This document shows, one piece after another, positions 60,895 through 64,000 of a stretch of 64,000 nt of DNA. The notes under the pieces were generated by a model. The model was not told where the DNA came from. It searched no databases and worked only from the letters and a program-made list of their open reading frames with translations. This DNA comes from Hyphochytrium catenoides (lineage: Eukaryota > Protista > Hyphochytriomycota): the NCBI GenBank assembly GCA_900088475.1, contig FLMG01000943.1, positions 57,402 to 121,401 on the forward strand. The letters are read 5' to 3'. The position numbers were made by a program, and so were the translations under genes. Position 1 is the stretch's first letter. Each line of letters begins with the position of its first letter.

Positions 60895-61310
60895 ATGGGT
60901 GACGATTCCAGAAGTGCCAGCGAACTTCGACAGAGATATGCAAAAGGTGGTACTGCCCAAGACAGTGAGCTGTCTGCTTCTCAGCTCAGGGCTAGGTACT
61001 CAATCCCAGCGAATAAGCAAGGTACGAAGTGATTTCGAGAACCTCGTGACCTGAAATGCCTCTATTCCTTCGAGCGTTTTTGAGAACTGTGAGTAGATTT
61101 GTTTGCCAATTGGGCTTATTTCTACGTCCCCATTCAGTCCCAGTTAATTCTGTTTTACTGTTCAATTGGAACGTCATATTGTAACCTTCATTCTCCGTAC
61201 GCTTAGAATGGTCTACAAGCTCTAGAGGCCCTCCTGTGGCCCTAATTGCCCTAGTGGTCATAATAGCTGCAGGACTTGCAGCAGGTGCATACTTCGTCTA
61301 CATGAAGTGA
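60895..61310 (+). CDS. 76-aa tail-anchored membrane micro-protein, 2 exons (absent from the ORF track)
   Basis: Exons 60895-61021 and 61207-61310 (phase 1, GT-AG) give MGDDSRSASELRQRYAKGGTAQDSELSASQLRARYSIPANKQEWSTSSRGPPVALIALVVIIAAGLAAGAYFVYMK*. Confidence 0.8.
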
Positions 61311-61529
61311 TTACGGTGATTACGGTTCCGCCATCCGTATCGTCTGCGGGCTCGTAAGTAAGACCCTGGCGGAAAGCGAATGATCTGATGCTACGCAGCA
61401 TGCAAAGTGCTAAGCCAGCATTGGTAGACGCAAGATAGAAGCGCCAGAAAGAGGTTACTAGTTATAAAAGAAGGTTTGATTTAAGGGTCACAATGTATAC
61501 ATCAGCCATGGTGGCGACGGCGCCCTCGC

Positions 61530-63708
61530 CTAATGGTTGTTCTCCGTCTGCAGAAGTGCTGAGGCGTGATGGCGAATGTGACTTTCCATAAAGGTGGCGA
61601 TAAAAAAATAACTATGGTCGTATCCGGGCTGGAAAGGGAGTTGCAGGTTAATATTAGTTGACCATAGTCAAACACATCGAGAAACAGGAAAAAGAACTAA
61701 GTGGGTGTACTAATGGCGAATAGCTAGGCTCTGAGTGAGAAGAGCATCACAGCAAGAGATGCATAGATGCTTACCTGCATCCTAAGGGTTAGCTTTTGAC
61801 GGACCTCATCACAAGCCGCCTAAGAAACAGAAAGGCATGGAAGCACGTGGTTGAGACAGAGGAAAACAAGCGGCCACCATCTACGTCCCTTCCTTACCTG
61901 GAATGCCTGTGGTAGAAGTTGCTTCTCAAGGAGAAAACTATCGTCCTCCCCTTGGTCAATCAGAATATCCCAAGCATTGACGGGTCCCGCTGATCGCATG
62001 AGCTCTGTGGCGTCATAAGGCTAGCATCGGAGAGGTGATACGGTCAGATAGATAAGACAAGTCTTGTATGGAAATAAGATGAACTTAGGTTCGCGAATAT
62101 GGAGGAATAAGGGGGTAAGCAAACCGCATTTCTTGCAGTAGATGGAGGCTGGAATGAGACATCCCACCTTCCATGCATTCTGATCGCCTCCTAGGTAGCC
62201 AGTGAACGCCTTAATACCCCAGGGACATTCGCAAGGGTGGCAAATTGGAGAGAACGCGGAGACAGACTTGTACTTGTCCTAGCAGGGTCAGAGAACAACA
62301 CAGAGGCAGGAAAGGATATTGAATGAAACGCGTAGAGACTATTGTGACGGAAAGTGGTCATAGCATGCCGCAGTCCATGTAGACCCTGAGGTGTCACTGA
62401 CCCGAACAAAGGGAGGAGGACTAAAAGTGGGTTCACACCCTTTATCACTACCTAACCGAGACCGCTTTCGTGTCCCATCGCTCGCCAGACAAGGTGATGC
62501 TCACCGGATTTCTAAGTGCAATCACTAAAGCTCCGTGTCCTCCCATGCTGTGACCCATAATAGACTGAGCGGAGCTTACTGGGAAGTTCGAGGCAATGAG
62601 ACTGGGTAGTTCCTAAACTCATGGCAAGTGGTCAGCAGACGGTATAGCGCACCCTACTGATGACCTAAAGGGGACAAGTTGCCTTCTAAAAAATATCTAA
62701 ATGGTCCAATAGAGGTTGTAAGCCAAATGTGTTCTTCTCATTTACCTCTGTGATGTACTGATACATGTTGTAGTGATTCTTCCATGGCTCAGTCGTCGCG
62801 TTCAAGTAGAATCCTGCTCCTAATAATAACATGTTAGGTCTGACGTCGCCTCGCCTCTTTGTCGTTGCTGAGAAGAACGGACCTGTCCCGAAGTCCCAAC
62901 TATCATCTTCGCCGGGGATATTCGCGCCTCGAGGGCTTGTGATGGAGACCACGGACCATTGTCAACCGGGGGGCGGTAGTTAAGTCTCAATAGGATGGAG
63001 GTCTTTGAATCAAAATAGAAAACAGCAGCAAGATCAAGGAGAGCCCATCAGCAACAGAGGGCTAAAATGCCAGAGAGCAACATAAGGAAAGCCCCACGAG
63101 GGGTCTCGGACGCAATGCCAATGCATCAGATGGCTAGTTAGTAGAGGCAAACCTGGTATCAGGGGCGACAAAGGCGATACCCAGCTCTGCTGCATACTTT
63201 TGAGCACCTCCTTTTTGAATCACATTCTCGTCCGTGCACGTAAGGCCGGACAAGTAGTACAGAACCTTCAATTAAGTTATAAGGGCCAGAATCGTCTAAT
63301 AGAGGCTGCACAGGGTTGGAGCACACCGCTGGAAGGGCCCAAAGGTCAACTACGCAATAGCATAAAGAGCTGGTGGACGAGTCACCTCGATAACTGGCAT
63401 AAATGGGGATGTAGAGAAGGAACAAGACAGAAGGTTGCACCATAGAGAAGGCATTTGTAAGGTGCAAGTCAACAGCAAAATGAAGAAAAAGACCTCAATA
63501 ATGTGTTGAGGGCTCCTTCGATCAGGATAAAGTGGTCTGACGCATCAGAACTCACCGGCACGTTTTTCTGTTCTGCTTGTGGAGGAATAAAGATGGTGAA
63601 CTTCATGGTCGTGTTCGTTGACGATGAAGGGTGTGAGTACTGCCGCAGACTGCCGCCGAAGCACTTCCATTGCTTGAGAAGGGTGAGTGAATTAGTAGGG
63701 CTGGACAT
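61530..63708 (-). CDS. ESD: S-formylglutathione hydrolase (esterase D), 9 exons
   Basis: Spliced translation contains [43 protein letters not shown], nucleophile [19 protein letters not shown] and [12 protein letters not shown]. Confidence 0.97.
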
Positions 63709-64000
63709 CTCTACAAGTTTCGAAGTATGCGACTGTTATAGATCCTGAGATAGTGAAGTTAACTGTACCCTTGAGCTTCTGCTGGCTTTATAAAGTTAAG
63801 GGTGTACGGCATGGCATCTCCTGCGACGGAGACGAACACTATGTAGAGAACCAACGGCAAAAAAGATCTCTCAAGTCTCTGCGCGCACCAGTCCGGGTTC
63901 TTCTTGATACTTGTACAACAGATCTTCTTAGCGACCGAGCGAACGCAAGTATCATCAGAAGCATCGCAATATGGGTAATCTGGCTAACGGCCAATAGAAA

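Overview
Eukaryotic nuclear DNA with short GT-AG introns, most likely from a stramenopile. That lineage call is inferred from C-x4-C-x9-C-x2-H zinc-finger repeats and a CxxC-containing PX domain. The two ends are gene-dense. The left end has a DENN-domain gene running off the edge, an unknown multi-exon gene, and a 6-exon MSP+SH3 gene. The right end has a giant IQ/charged-helix/10xWW gene, CDC14, a 76-aa tail-anchored micro-protein missed by the ORF track, and S-formylglutathione hydrolase. A gene-poor stretch (~8.8-29.8 kb) holds one zinc-finger gene, a probable decayed ORF, and a 10-copy ~344-bp diverged tandem array. From 29.8 to 45.8 kb lie mostly intronless genes: a PX protein, a head-to-head pair of paralogous ~11-TM proteins of a family I do not recognise, and a secreted alginate-lyase-like enzyme. 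A 78-bp poly(A)-tailed retro-insertion with a 14-bp target-site duplication sits in an intron at ~2.8 kb. I saw no rRNA, tRNA or CRISPR array. There are two larger assembly gaps (15639-15703 and 52245-52623). The best candidates for something undescribed are the divergent TM paralog pair, the extended-WW/charged-rod protein, and the tandem array carrying a splice-donor-like motif. All gene models were spliced by eye, and no database searches were run.
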